Source: Schmidtea polychroa (lineage: Eukaryota). From it: 60,185 bases of DNA. Location of the stretch: assembly GCA_044892525.1 (NCBI GenBank), contig CM097885.1, positions 23,252,001-23,312,185 on the forward strand, in the 5' to 3' direction. Of the stretch, positions 9,756 to 22,880 are shown piece after piece. Positions within the stretch are counted from its first letter, which is position 1. The number at the start of each line of letters is the position of its first letter. A program made the translations under genes and the position numbers. The notes under the pieces are model-generated. The model had not been told where the DNA came from, did no database searches, and saw only the letters and a list, made by a program, of their open reading frames with translations.

Positions 9756-12427
9756 AGTAGGTAGATAGTAGCCCACTGGAACAATTACCCCCCCCCCCCC
9801 CGGGGGGGGGGGGGGGTAAAATTGTTCCAACTTTTTATTACGCAATTGTTCCAACTCACATTTTTTGCTCTCAGGGATTTTTGGTCCAAATTATTTTTTT
9901 ATCACACTATAGTGAGGGGGTCTCGATGGTCCTGGGATTTTCAATACAAAAAATTTTTTTCAATACAAAAAGCTGGTCTACACTAAAAAAGCCAAGGAAT
10001 TTTCAGACTATAGTGAGGAGGTCTCGATGGTCCTGGGATTTTCAATACAAAAAAATTTTTTCTATACAAAAACGATGGTCCTGGGATTTTCAATACAAAA
10101 AAAAAATTTCTATACAAAAATCCGACTATCAATAAAAAAGCATGGAATTTTCAGACTATAGTGAGGGGTCTCGATGGTCCTGGGATTTTCTATACAAAAA
10201 TCCGACTATCAATAAAAAAGCATGGTAATTTAAGGTCTCAGGATATTTTCAATACAAAAAGCCGGTCTACACTAAAAAAGCCAAGGATTTTTCAGACTAT
10301 AGTGAGGTGAGTCTCCTTGGTCCTGAGAAATAGGTGGTCTACACTAAAAAAAAACGTGGTAATTTAAAGTCTCAGGATATTTTCAATACAAAAATCCGAC
10401 TACCACTAAAAAAGCCAAGGATTTTTCAGACTATAGTGAGGTGAGTCTTCAATAAAGAAGCATGGTAATTTAAGGTCTCAGGATATTTTCAATACAAAAA
10501 TCCGACTATCAATAAAAAAGCATGGATTTTTCGAATTAAATTAAGGTGGGTCTCCTTGGTCCTGAGAATTTCAATAGACAAAGGTGGTCTACACTAAAAA
10601 ACGTGGTAAATTTTTTAAAATTACAGTAAATTATGGGTCTAAAAATTGAATTACAGTAAATTATGGACTAAGATTTTTAAATTACAGTAAATTATGGTCC
10701 AAATTTTTCAATTAAAGTAAATTATGGTTCAAATTTTTCAAATAAGGTAATTATGGTCCTAAAAAATTAAATTACAGTAAATTATGGCTCAAATTTTCAA
10801 ATAAGGTAATAATGGTCCTAAAAAATTAAATTACAGTAAATAATGGTTCTAAAAATTAAATTAAAGTAAATTATGGTTCTAAAATATTAAATTACAGTAA
10901 ATTATGGTCCAGATTTTTCAATTAAAGTAAATAATGGTCCAAATTTTTGAATTAAAGTAAATTTAAGTTCTTAAAAATTAAATTACAGTAAATAATGGTC
11001 CAAATTTTTAAATTAAGTAATCAATGGTAAAAAATTTTAAATAAGTAAATTAAAGTAATAATTTTTAAATAAGTAAATTAAAGTAATGTAATAAGTAAAT
11101 TAAAGTAAGATTTTAAAATTTAATTACAAAATAATAGAAGGTGTTTGAGAATTGAAATTTTTTAATGAAAATTTTTATGAAATAATTTTTAAGTAATTTT
11201 TAATAGAAATTTTAATGAAATATTTTTCAATGGTAATTTTAGATGGATATTTTTATGAAATATTTTTCAATGATAATTTTAGATGGAAATTTTTAAGATA
11301 ATTTTTAATGAAAATTTTTATGAAATATTTTTCAAAGACAAATTTTAATAATAATTCAACAACAAACCAACAACTTAGTACCAACAACCAGTAACTTATG
11401 AACATGTATTAACAACCAGATACCTACAACTAGTTACTAACAATCAGTTACCTGAGACCAGATACCTACAACTAGATACCTACAACTAGTTACCTGATAC
11501 CAACTACTAACAACCACCTACCCATTAACTAGCTACAACCAGCTAACAACTAGCTACCAACTACCAAGTACTAACAACCAGTTACCTGATACCAACTACT
11601 AACAACCACCATCAACCAGGTACTAAGCATTATCAACCAAGTACTAACAACTAGATACCTAGTTACTAACAACCCGCTAACAACTAACAACTAGATACCA
11701 AGTACCAGTAAATTACGAACATGTATTAACAACCAGATACCTACAACTAGTTACTAACAACTAGTTACCTGATAGCAACCAACTAGCTACCACCTACCAA
11801 GTACTATCAACCAAAAACAACCAGGTACTAAGCATTAATTACCAACTACTAAGTACCTACAACCACCTACCAACTACTTATAACCAACTACTAAGTACCT
11901 ACAACTTGTTACTAACAACTAGCTACCACCTACCAAGTACTAACAACCAGTTACCAACTACTAAGCATTAATTACCTACAACTAGTTACTAACAACTAGC
12001 TACCAAGTACATACAACCAACAACTAAGCATTATCAACCAAGTACTAACAACCAAATAACTTACCTAGTACTAAGCACTGTCAACTAGATACCAAACACT
12101 TACAACCAGATGACCACATGAAATTATTGGTTAAATATGAAAATAAGGATTATATTTAGTTGTTAAGTAAATTATGGTGTAAAATTAAGAAATAAAGAAT
12201 AATTAGGTAAATTAAGGATAAATTAAGGAAAATTAAGGTTCAAAATTTAAAATTAAGTAATCAATGGTTCAAATTTTAAATTAAAGCTAAAGGAGTAAAT
12301 TAAAGTAATAATTTTTAAATAAGTAATGTAATAAGTAAATTAAACTAAGATTTTTAAATTTATTATCAAAAGATTGAATAACCACCAACTTTTTTGAGAA
12401 ATGTAATTTTTAATGAAAATTTAAATG

Positions 12428-12493
<66 letters not shown>

Positions 12494-15400
12494 TACTAAT
12501 AATAATTCAACAGTTACCAACAATCGCTTACTAAATATTTTTAACTAGGTGCTGACAAATAAGTACCAAATACTTACAACATGATACCACATACTAACTA
12601 AATCTCAATCAACCAAGTAAAAACAACCAAGTACTAACAACCAACTAAATCTTCTTCATTGTATCTTATGAAATGCTTTTTAAATTATTTTTTTATATGT
12701 CTTCAAAAATATGTTTAATTACAATCAGTAGAAAAACCTTTTCAAATTTAACAAAAATGTTGATTTTCATCAAAAACCACAACTCAATCACTTTAAAACA
12801 CCACGTCATATTCAAAATAATTACAGTGAAAGACTAATGAATTCTAATTTACAAAACATTCTTCTTTTAATTGATTACTACTGACTTATTATTGCAATGT
12901 AAAAATCGCATTCAATAAATACTTATTGTTGATCAATTTTATTATATATACTCTGAGTTTATCCGACAGGATGTTTTGACCCCCCTAAGGGTACAGGTCG
13001 TAAGGGTACTGGTCGTAAGGGTATTAGTCGTAAGGGTATTGGTTGTAAGGATATTGCTAACTCTCAACCCCCATCTACCCATTAAGTAGTTACTAAGTAC
13101 TATCAACCAGCTAACAACTAGATACCATGTACTAACAACCACCATCAACCAGATACTAAGCATTATCAACCTACAACTATATAACAACAATCAGTAAACA
13201 ACACTATACCAACTACCAAATATAAGATACCAACAACTTAGTACCAACAATCAACTAACCACACATAAAAATAATAGCAATTAAATACAAAACATTCTTC
13301 ATCGCATACACTATCTTATCAAAATCTAAAAAGTCAATCAGATATCAACTATCAACTACTAACAACCAACAACTATGTACTAACACAAATTGATCTTTAA
13401 AAGTAAATACTCATCACTTGGCAAATTGGATGAAAAATTATTTGAACTCAAGGTATCAATAACTAGGTAAAAATTGATTAAATTATTGTAAAAATTTAAA
13501 TTATTCAAAATAAATATCATAAAAATTTAATTAATGGACAAGAAAGAATTCTAATCATCCAGTAAATAAAAAAAATACTGATCATTCAAGTTGAATTAAC
13601 TAAGATAATAAATTAATAAGATAAGATCTAGTAGATAATTTATTTAGATTGAATAAATTAATTGAAATAAAATTAATTTTAATTATTTTTTTGTAAAAGT
13701 AATACATGTACTCAAATTGATTGACTGATTTCTCAATATATTCAAAAAATCAGTATAAATTCATTACAAATATTGGATGAAAAATTAATTGAACTCAAGA
13801 CATCAATAACTTGGTAAAAATTGATTAAATAATTGTAAAAATTTAAAATTTTCAAAATAAATGTCATAAAAATGTAATTAATGGACAAGAAAGAACTTTA
13901 AATTCTAGTCATTGATCATTCAAGTTAATATGAATCAACTAAGATAATAAATTAATAAGAATTTTGAAATAAGATCTAGTAGATAATTGATTTAGATTGA
14001 ATAAATTAATTGAAATAAAATTAATTTTAATTATTTTTTTTTTAAAGTAATACATGTACTCAAATTGATTGACTGATTTCTCAATATATTCAAAAAATCA
14101 GTATAAATTCATTACAATTATCAAAGTCAGCAATCTACAATAACAATAATTATCATTAAATTTCAAAAGAGACTAGAAAACTAACAAACCAGTAAATTCA
14201 TTTAAATAACAATAATTGGTATATTCAAGCGAATTCTCTAATAAAAAACATCTAAAAAGCATCAAATTTCCCTGAAATATCTCTATGTTTAAAGATTAGT
14301 ATCTTATCGATAAGTACTTGTTAAAGATCATATATTCACCTCAAACTAACAAGATTCATTAAAATCCCTTAAATGACTATATTTCAACCCTTAATTCGTA
14401 TTATTACAAATATCATCTAAAAAGCATCAAATTTCATTGAAATAACTCTATCCTTAAAGATTGATATTTTAATGATAATTACCCTTAAAAGATCATATAT
14501 TCCCCTCAGACTAATAAGATTCCTTAAAATCATTTAAATGACTATAATTCTAACTTTAATTCCTATTATCACGAATATTTCCCTATAAAACATGTAAAAT
14601 AATTTGGTCATTAACCCTAAATAATTTATAAAATCTAATGATAAAACCGGTTATAATTAAATTTTTGTTAATCACTGTAAATATTTGTAAATTACTACTC
14701 GAAATTTAAAATAAATATAACTGACTAGGTCCCATTGAAAGATTAAATTTATCCATTCAATAAAATATATTTCTTCAAATGTTCATTTTTACCGATATTC
14801 AACCGATTTAATTACTAATTAAAATCAATCGATATATTTCTTCCAATAAAGATCAATTTTATTGAGTTGTTGTCGATGTTTTAAGTCCATATTTCTAAAC
14901 TTTTGTCATTCTCCACCTAAATAAAGATAAAAATAATTTAAAGTTGATATCAATCCCAATTATTTGTAAAGATTTCATTGTCAAAACCAAGTAAATCGAT
15001 CATTAACCCTACTTAATAAAACATAAGTCTAAATTAATATACAATGAATTAATCACAACCTAATAAAACGATATAATTTCACATTAATATTGATTCATAA
15101 CTGACTAATGTATTGACATTTCCCTTAAAACATTGATATTTTACCAACATCTCCCTTACAATGATATATTCCCATCTTAACCCATCCTTAATTAAATTAA
15201 ATCGACTATATCCCCTTTAAAGATCATATATTCCCACCTTATCCGATCTCTCATTAAATCTAACCGACTATATCGCCTCAAAAGATCATATATTCCCATC
15301 TTAACCCATTCTTCATTAAATTCAATCGACTATATCTCCCTTACAATGATATATTCCCATCTTAACCGATCTCTCATTAAATCTAACCGACTATATCCCC

Positions 15401-17157
15401 CTTAAAAGATCATATTTTCCTATTTTAATCGATCTCTCATTAAATATTTCTACCTCTTTAAACATCTAACCGAATATATCCTTCAATTCTATCCACTTGA
15501 ATCCTCCTTTAATTCACTCAATCCTCTTAAAATCCTTAGAGAACTTCAAAAATATGACTTAATTGTTACAGACACCAAATATTCTTCCATTGAAATAATT
15601 TAGTAGCTATGTAGTAAGAGTTCACTAAAAGATCAAAAATCAATATTTTCTACAAATATTTACCATCAAATACTGGAGATGAAATATATTGTTTGATTAT
15701 AATTCTTCATCGATTCAACCAATCATTTTCAAGCAATAACAGCAAACTAAATTTCTGTATATCCTACAATCATTTTCAAGTAAATTTAAAGTTAACTGGT
15801 TTCTTAGCTTATGTTTTTTAAAGTGCATCAATGTGTAAATATTCTTAGAAAATTATTGAAAAATTATTTATTCAAATGCATTACAAAGTCATCAAAAATC
15901 ACTTAATTATTAATCTAATTGTCAATGAAATTAATTTTTATTTAAAAACTATTCAATAAAATACAACTAATTATCAAGAAATTAATTAAATTTATCAATT
16001 AAATTTATCACCATTAAAACTTTTAATCAGTCAACATGAAATTCTTAGAAAATTATTCAATATCCTCATAAAAATTTATCCTATCACTTGATTATTGTAC
16101 AAACTTTAATTATTAACCTCATTGAAAATAATTTTTTATTTAAAATTAAAAAACAAGTCAATAAAAATACATCCAATTATCAAGAAATTAATTAAATTTA
16201 TCTTAGAACTAACTTTAAATTTTTAAATATTCTTTCAATCAACATGAAATTCACAAAAATAATAGAAATTCATGAAAATGATAGATATCCACGAAAAATT
16301 ACGGAAATTCATGAAAATATTAGAAATTCACAAAAAATGATGGAAATTCATGAAAATGATAGAAATTCATAAAAATGATAGAAATTTACTTGAATAAAAC
16401 CATCAACTAAAAATTATCAATGCCTTAAACAACAAATTTGTCTAAATAATCATTCAAATAAAAGCATTAAATACCTTTACGACTAATACACTTACGACAT
16501 GTTGAATGTGAGTAGTACCCTTGTGAGCAATACCCATAGGGGGACAGAATATTTTTTCGGATAAACTCAGAGTATATATTAATTAACTCATTCAAATTTA
16601 TCATTGAATCAGTAAAATTATCATAAATTTCGATAAAAATTCTAATGTGGTAAGCAATGAAAAGAGAAATATTCTTTAAACTTAGATAAAACTAACAATG
16701 AAGGTGGTAAGAATCATTAAAGTGAGAAAATTATTCATTACTCGATGATAAATTCAAATGGATGAAAATAATTGGTAGAATAATTTATTAATGGGCATAG
16801 ATAAGAAAAAAGGTTGATAAGAATGGAAATATATTAATTGAATTTATTTAAAATTATTTCATAAAATTCATAAAAAAAAACTTTTAAAAGAAATATTTGT
16901 GGAGATGTTTTAGGTGAAAATTAATCACAATCGGCGGAATATAATTGATTAAATATCGAGGATGGGGGTTATAATTAATGGAAAATCAATGGGATACAAA
17001 TGATTAAATAGTGGAAAATCCGGGAATATAAGTGATTAATTAATGGAATATTGAGAATCGGAGGAATATCAATGAGAAGGATATATAATTTAAACTAGTT
17101 TATTACATAACAAGCCGCGACTAGTTTATTACATAACAAGCCGTGAATGGTATTTTA
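9756..17157 (+). repeat. Left arm of the giant inverted repeat (7,402 bp), built from successive degenerate tandem arrays
   Basis: Arrays at about 9900-10610, 10615-11110 (~31 bp), 11360-12115 (AC-rich), 12431-12489 (AAT)n, 12990-13055 (15 bp), 13420-14120 (~350-bp duplication), 15150-15480 (~61 bp), 16245-16390 (21 bp) and 17093-17143 (27 bp). Confidence 0.92.
12951..16572. mobile_element. Possible nested TA-flanked TIR element within the arm (mirror copy 18736-22357)
   Basis: TATATA-CTCTGAGTTTATCCGA ... TCGGATAAACTCAGAG-TATATA, with subterminal TACCCTTACGAC-type repeats at both ends. Confidence 0.55.
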
Positions 17158-17972
17158 CCAACATTTTTAAAGTATGTTATTTAATTTTAATTTTATTTTT
17201 AAATTGTACATATTTTGAATATCATTCTATTGTTTAATTTCGATAATAAGTATAAAAAGTCTATAATGATTAATAAATTAATATCTTGTTAACATTTACC
17301 AGAGAATTTAAAAAACTTTACTTAAAATTTAGTGAAGTATTTAATTTTGATTGTACTTTATAAGACATATATTTGAGTATTAACTTATTTTGATTGAAGT
17401 ATCACATTCAATATTATGATGATTTTTTTTTTCTAAATTGAAATATTTTAGTGTAAAATAGTTAATTTGATAATAAATAGAATACAATGTTAAAGGACTT
17501 TTTGAAAAAAAAGTTAGTTTCTACTGCCTAATCAATAAGTTTAAAAAGTTTAGAACTGTTAATAAATCAATTTCTTATTCGCATTTACATATAAAATTTT
17601 TATTTTTAAATTAAAGTAATAAATTGATGATTTATTTTAATTGTATTTGAATGATACATTTAATTTACTTTGATTGAAAGGAGTAATATAATTCATATTA
17701 TGATATTTGTTTTCGAAATATTTAGTGTAGAATAGTAAATTTAATAATATATAGCTATTATTACAAGTACTTATACAAAAAAAACACTTTTTATTTCTAA
17801 TGTTTTATTCCATCAATAAGTTTAAAAGTATGTAACTGGTAATAGATTAATTTCTTATTTACATTATTCGAGAATTTGAAAAACTTATAAAATTTATATT
17901 TTTAAAATTTAATTTTGATTGTATTTTCTAAGACTTATATTTGAATATTTAACTTATTTTGAATGAAAAGGG

Positions 17973-18027
<55 letters not shown>

Positions 18028-18150
18028 CTTTTATGATAATTGTTTTTGAAATACATAATGCAAATTAAAACATTTTAGTAATAATTTGCTATTATTTTAG
18101 AATTTATTTTAGTCAAAAATTAAAAAAAAGATCTAATCAATAATTCTCAA
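17158..18150. repeat. Central spacer of the palindrome (993 bp): about three diverged ~285-bp units plus (TA)n
   Basis: Related blocks (AATAAGT.TAAAA.GT...TAATA.AT.AAT.TCTT) begin near 17242, 17531 and 17811; (TA)n at about 17976-18023. Confidence 0.65.
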
Positions 18151-21100
18151 TAAAATACCATTCACGGCTTGTTATGTAATAAACTAGTCGCGGCTTGTTA
18201 TGTAATAAACTAGTTTAAATTATGTATCCTTCTCATTGATATTCCTCCGATTCTCAATATTCCATTAATTAATCACTTATATTCCCGGATTTTCCACTAT
18301 TTAATCATTTGTATCCCATTGATTTTCCATTAATTATAACCCCCATCCTCGATATTTAATCAATTATATTCCGCCGATTTTGATTAATTTTCACCTAAAA
18401 CATCTCCACAAATATTTCTTTTAAAAGTTTTTTTTTATGAATTTTATGAAATAATTTTAAATAAATTCAATTAATATATTTCCATTCTTATCAACCTTTT
18501 TTCTTATCTATGCCCATTAATAAATTATTCTACCAATTATTTTCATCCATTTGAATTTATCATCGAGTAATGAATAATTTTCTCACTTTAATGATTCTTA
18601 CCACCTTCATTGTTAGTTTTATCTAAGTTTAAAGAATATTTCTCTTTTCATTGCTTACCACATTAGAATTTTTATCGAAATTTATGATAATTTTACTGAT
18701 TCAATGATAAATTTGAATGAGTTAATTAATATATACTCTGAGTTTATCCGAAAAAATATTCTGTCCCCCTATGGGTATTGCTCACAAGGGTACTACTCAC
18801 ATTCAACATGTCGTAAGTGTATTAGTCGTAAAGGTATTTAATGCTTTTATTTGAATGATTATTTAGACAAATTTGTTGTTTAAGGCATTGATAATTTTTA
18901 GTTGATGGTTTTATTCAAGTAAATTTCTATCATTTTTATGAATTTCTATCATTTTCATGAATTTCCATCATTTTTTGTGAATTTCTAATATTTTCATGAA
19001 TTTCCGTAATTTTTCGTGGATATCTATCATTTTCATGAATTTCTATTATTTTTGTGAATTTCATGTTGATTGAAAGAATATTTAAAAATTTAAAGTTAGT
19101 TCTAAGATAAATTTAATTAATTTCTTGATAATTGGATGTATTTTTATTGACTTGTTTTTTAATTTTAAATAAAAAATTATTTTCAATGAGGTTAATAATT
19201 AAAGTTTGTACAATAATCAAGTGATAGGATAAATTTTTATGAGGATATTGAATAATTTTCTAAGAATTTCATGTTGACTGATTAAAAGTTTTAATGGTGA
19301 TAAATTTAATTGATAAATTTAATTAATTTCTTGATAATTAGTTGTATTTTATTGAATAGTTTTTAAATAAAAATTAATTTCATTGACAATTAGATTAATA
19401 ATTAAGTGATTTTTGATGACTTTGTAATGCATTTGAATAAATAATTTTTCAATAATTTTCTAAGAATATTTACACATTGATGCACTTTAAAAAACATAAG
19501 CTAAGAAACCAGTTAACTTTAAATTTACTTGAAAATGATTGTAGGATATACAGAAATTTAGTTTGCTGTTATTGCTTGAAAATGATTGGTTGAATCGATG
19601 AAGAATTATAATCAAACAATATATTTCATCTCCAGTATTTGATGGTAAATATTTGTAGAAAATATTGATTTTTGATCTTTTAGTGAACTCTTACTACATA
19701 GCTACTAAATTATTTCAATGGAAGAATATTTGGTGTCTGTAACAATTAAGTCATATTTTTGAAGTTCTCTAAGGATTTTAAGAGGATTGAGTGAATTAAA
19801 GGAGGATTCAAGTGGATAGAATTGAAGGATATATTCGGTTAGATGTTTAAAGAGGTAGAAATATTTAATGAGAGATCGATTAAAATAGGAAAATATGATC
19901 TTTTAAGGGGGATATAGTCGGTTAGATTTAATGAGAGATCGGTTAAGATGGGAATATATCATTGTAAGGGAGATATAGTCGATTGAATTTAATGAAGAAT
20001 GGGTTAAGATGGGAATATATGATCTTTTGAGGCGATATAGTCGGTTAGATTTAATGAGAGATCGGATAAGGTGGGAATATATGATCTTTAAAGGGGATAT
20101 AGTCGATTTAATTTAATTAAGGATGGGTTAAGATGGGAATATATCATTGTAAGGGAGATGTTGGTAAAATATCAATGTTTTAAGGGAAATGTCAATACAT
20201 TAGTCAGTTATGAATCAATATTAATGTGAAATTATATCGTTTTATTAGGTTGTGATTAATTCATTGTATATTAATTTAGACTTATGTTTTATTAAGTAGG
20301 GTTAATGATCGATTTACTTGGTTTTGACAATGAAATCTTTACAAATAATTGGGATTGATATCAACTTTAAATTATTTTTATCTTTATTTAGGTGGAGAAT
20401 GACAAAAGTTTAGAAATATGGACTTAAAACATCGACAACAACTCAATAAAATTGATCTTTATTGGAAGAAATATATCGATTGATTTTAATTAGTAATTAA
20501 ATCGGTTGAATATCGGTAAAAATGAACATTTGAAGAAATATATTTTATTGAATGGATAAATTTAATCTTTCAATGGGACCTAGTCAGTTATATTTATTTT
20601 AAATTTCGAGTAGTAATTTACAAATATTTACAGTGATTAACAAAAATTTAATTATAACCGGTTTTATCATTAGATTTTATAAATTATTTAGGGTTAATGA
20701 CCAAATTATTTTACATGTTTTATAGGGAAATATTCGTGATAATAGGAATTAAAGTTAGAATTATAGTCATTTAAATGATTTTAAGGAATCTTATTAGTCT
20801 GAGGGGAATATATGATCTTTTAAGGGTAATTATCATTAAAATATCAATCTTTAAGGATAGAGTTATTTCAATGAAATTTGATGCTTTTTAGATGATATTT
20901 GTAATAATACGAATTAAGGGTTGAAATATAGTCATTTAAGGGATTTTAATGAATCTTGTTAGTTTGAGGTGAATATATGATCTTTAACAAGTACTTATCG
21001 ATAAGATACTAATCTTTAAACATAGAGATATTTCAGGGAAATTTGATGCTTTTTAGATGTTTTTTATTAGAGAATTCGCTTGAATATACCAATTATTGTT

Positions 21101-22814
21101 ATTTAAATGAATTTACTGGTTTGTTAGTTTTCTAGTCTCTTTTGAAATTTAATGATAATTATTGTTATTGTAGATTGCTGACTTTGATAATTGTAATGAA
21201 TTTATACTGATTTTTTGAATATATTGAGAAATCAGTCAATCAATTTGAGTACATGTATTACTTTAAAAAAAAAATAATTAAAATTAATTTTATTTCAATT
21301 AATTTATTCAATCTAAATCAATTATCTACTAGATCTTATTTCAAAATTCTTATTAATTTATTATCTTAGTTGATTCATATTAACTTGAATGATCAATGAC
21401 TAGAATTTAAAGTTCTTTCTTGTCCATTAATTACATTTTTATGACATTTATTTTGAAAATTTTAAATTTTTACAATTATTTAATCAATTTTTACCAAGTT
21501 ATTGATGTCTTGAGTTCAATTAATTTTTCATCCAATATTTGTAATGAATTTATACTGATTTTTTGAATATATTGAGAAATCAGTCAATCAATTTGAGTAC
21601 ATGTATTACTTTTACAAAAAAATAATTAAAATTAATTTTATTTCAATTAATTTATTCAATCTAAATAAATTATCTACTAGATCTTATCTTATTAATTTAT
21701 TATCTTAGTTAATTCAACTTGAATGATCAGTATTTTTTTTATTTACTGGATGATTAGAATTCTTTCTTGTCCATTAATTAAATTTTTATGATATTTATTT
21801 TGAATAATTTAAATTTTTACAATAATTTAATCAATTTTTACCTAGTTATTGATACCTTGAGTTCAAATAATTTTTCATCCAATTTGCCAAGTGATGAGTA
21901 TTTACTTTTAAAGATCAATTTGTGTTAGTACATAGTTGTTGGTTGTTAGTAGTTGATAGTTGATATCTGATTGACTTTTTAGATTTTGATAAGATAGTGT
22001 ATGCGATGAAGAATGTTTTGTATTTAATTGCTATTATTTTTATGTGTGGTTAGTTGATTGTTGGTACTAAGTTGTTGGTATCTTATATTTGGTAGTTGGT
22101 ATAGTGTTGTTTACTGATTGTTGTTATATAGTTGTAGGTTGATAATGCTTAGTATCTGGTTGATGGTGGTTGTTAGTACATGGTATCTAGTTGTTAGCTG
22201 GTTGATAGTACTTAGTAACTACTTAATGGGTAGATGGGGGTTGAGAGTTAGCAATATCCTTACAACCAATACCCTTACGACTAATACCCTTACGACCAGT
22301 ACCCTTACGACCTGTACCCTTAGGGGGGTCAAAACATCCTGTCGGATAAACTCAGAGTATATATAATAAAATTGATCAACAATAAGTATTTATTGAATGC
22401 GATTTTTACATTGCAATAATAAGTCAGTAGTAATCAATTAAAAGAAGAATGTTTTGTAAATTAGAATTCATTAGTCTTTCACTGTAATTATTTTGAATAT
22501 GACGTGGTGTTTTAAAGTGATTGAGTTGTGGTTTTTGATGAAAATCAACATTTTTGTTAAATTTGAAAAGGTTTTTCTACTGATTGTAATTAAACATATT
22601 TTTGAAGACATATAAAAAAATAATTTAAAAAGCATTTCATAAGATACAATGAAGAAGATTTAGTTGGTTGTTAGTACTTGGTTGTTTTTACTTGGTTGAT
22701 TGAGATTTAGTTAGTATGTGGTATCATGTTGTAAGTATTTGGTACTTATTTGTCAGCACCTAGTTAAAAATATTTAGTAAGCGATTGTTGGTAACTGTTG
22801 AATTATTATTAGTA

Positions 22815-22880
<66 letters not shown>

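Noticed and set aside
9907..9916. CTATAGTGAG resembling the reverse T7 promoter (vector contamination)
   Set aside because: Only 10 bp match, the TCGTATTA part is missing, and it is embedded in a native repeat array.
9900..11110. Repeat arrays as a CRISPR-like array
   Set aside because: The units are degenerate tandem repeats without unique spacers, there are no cas genes, and the context is eukaryotic.
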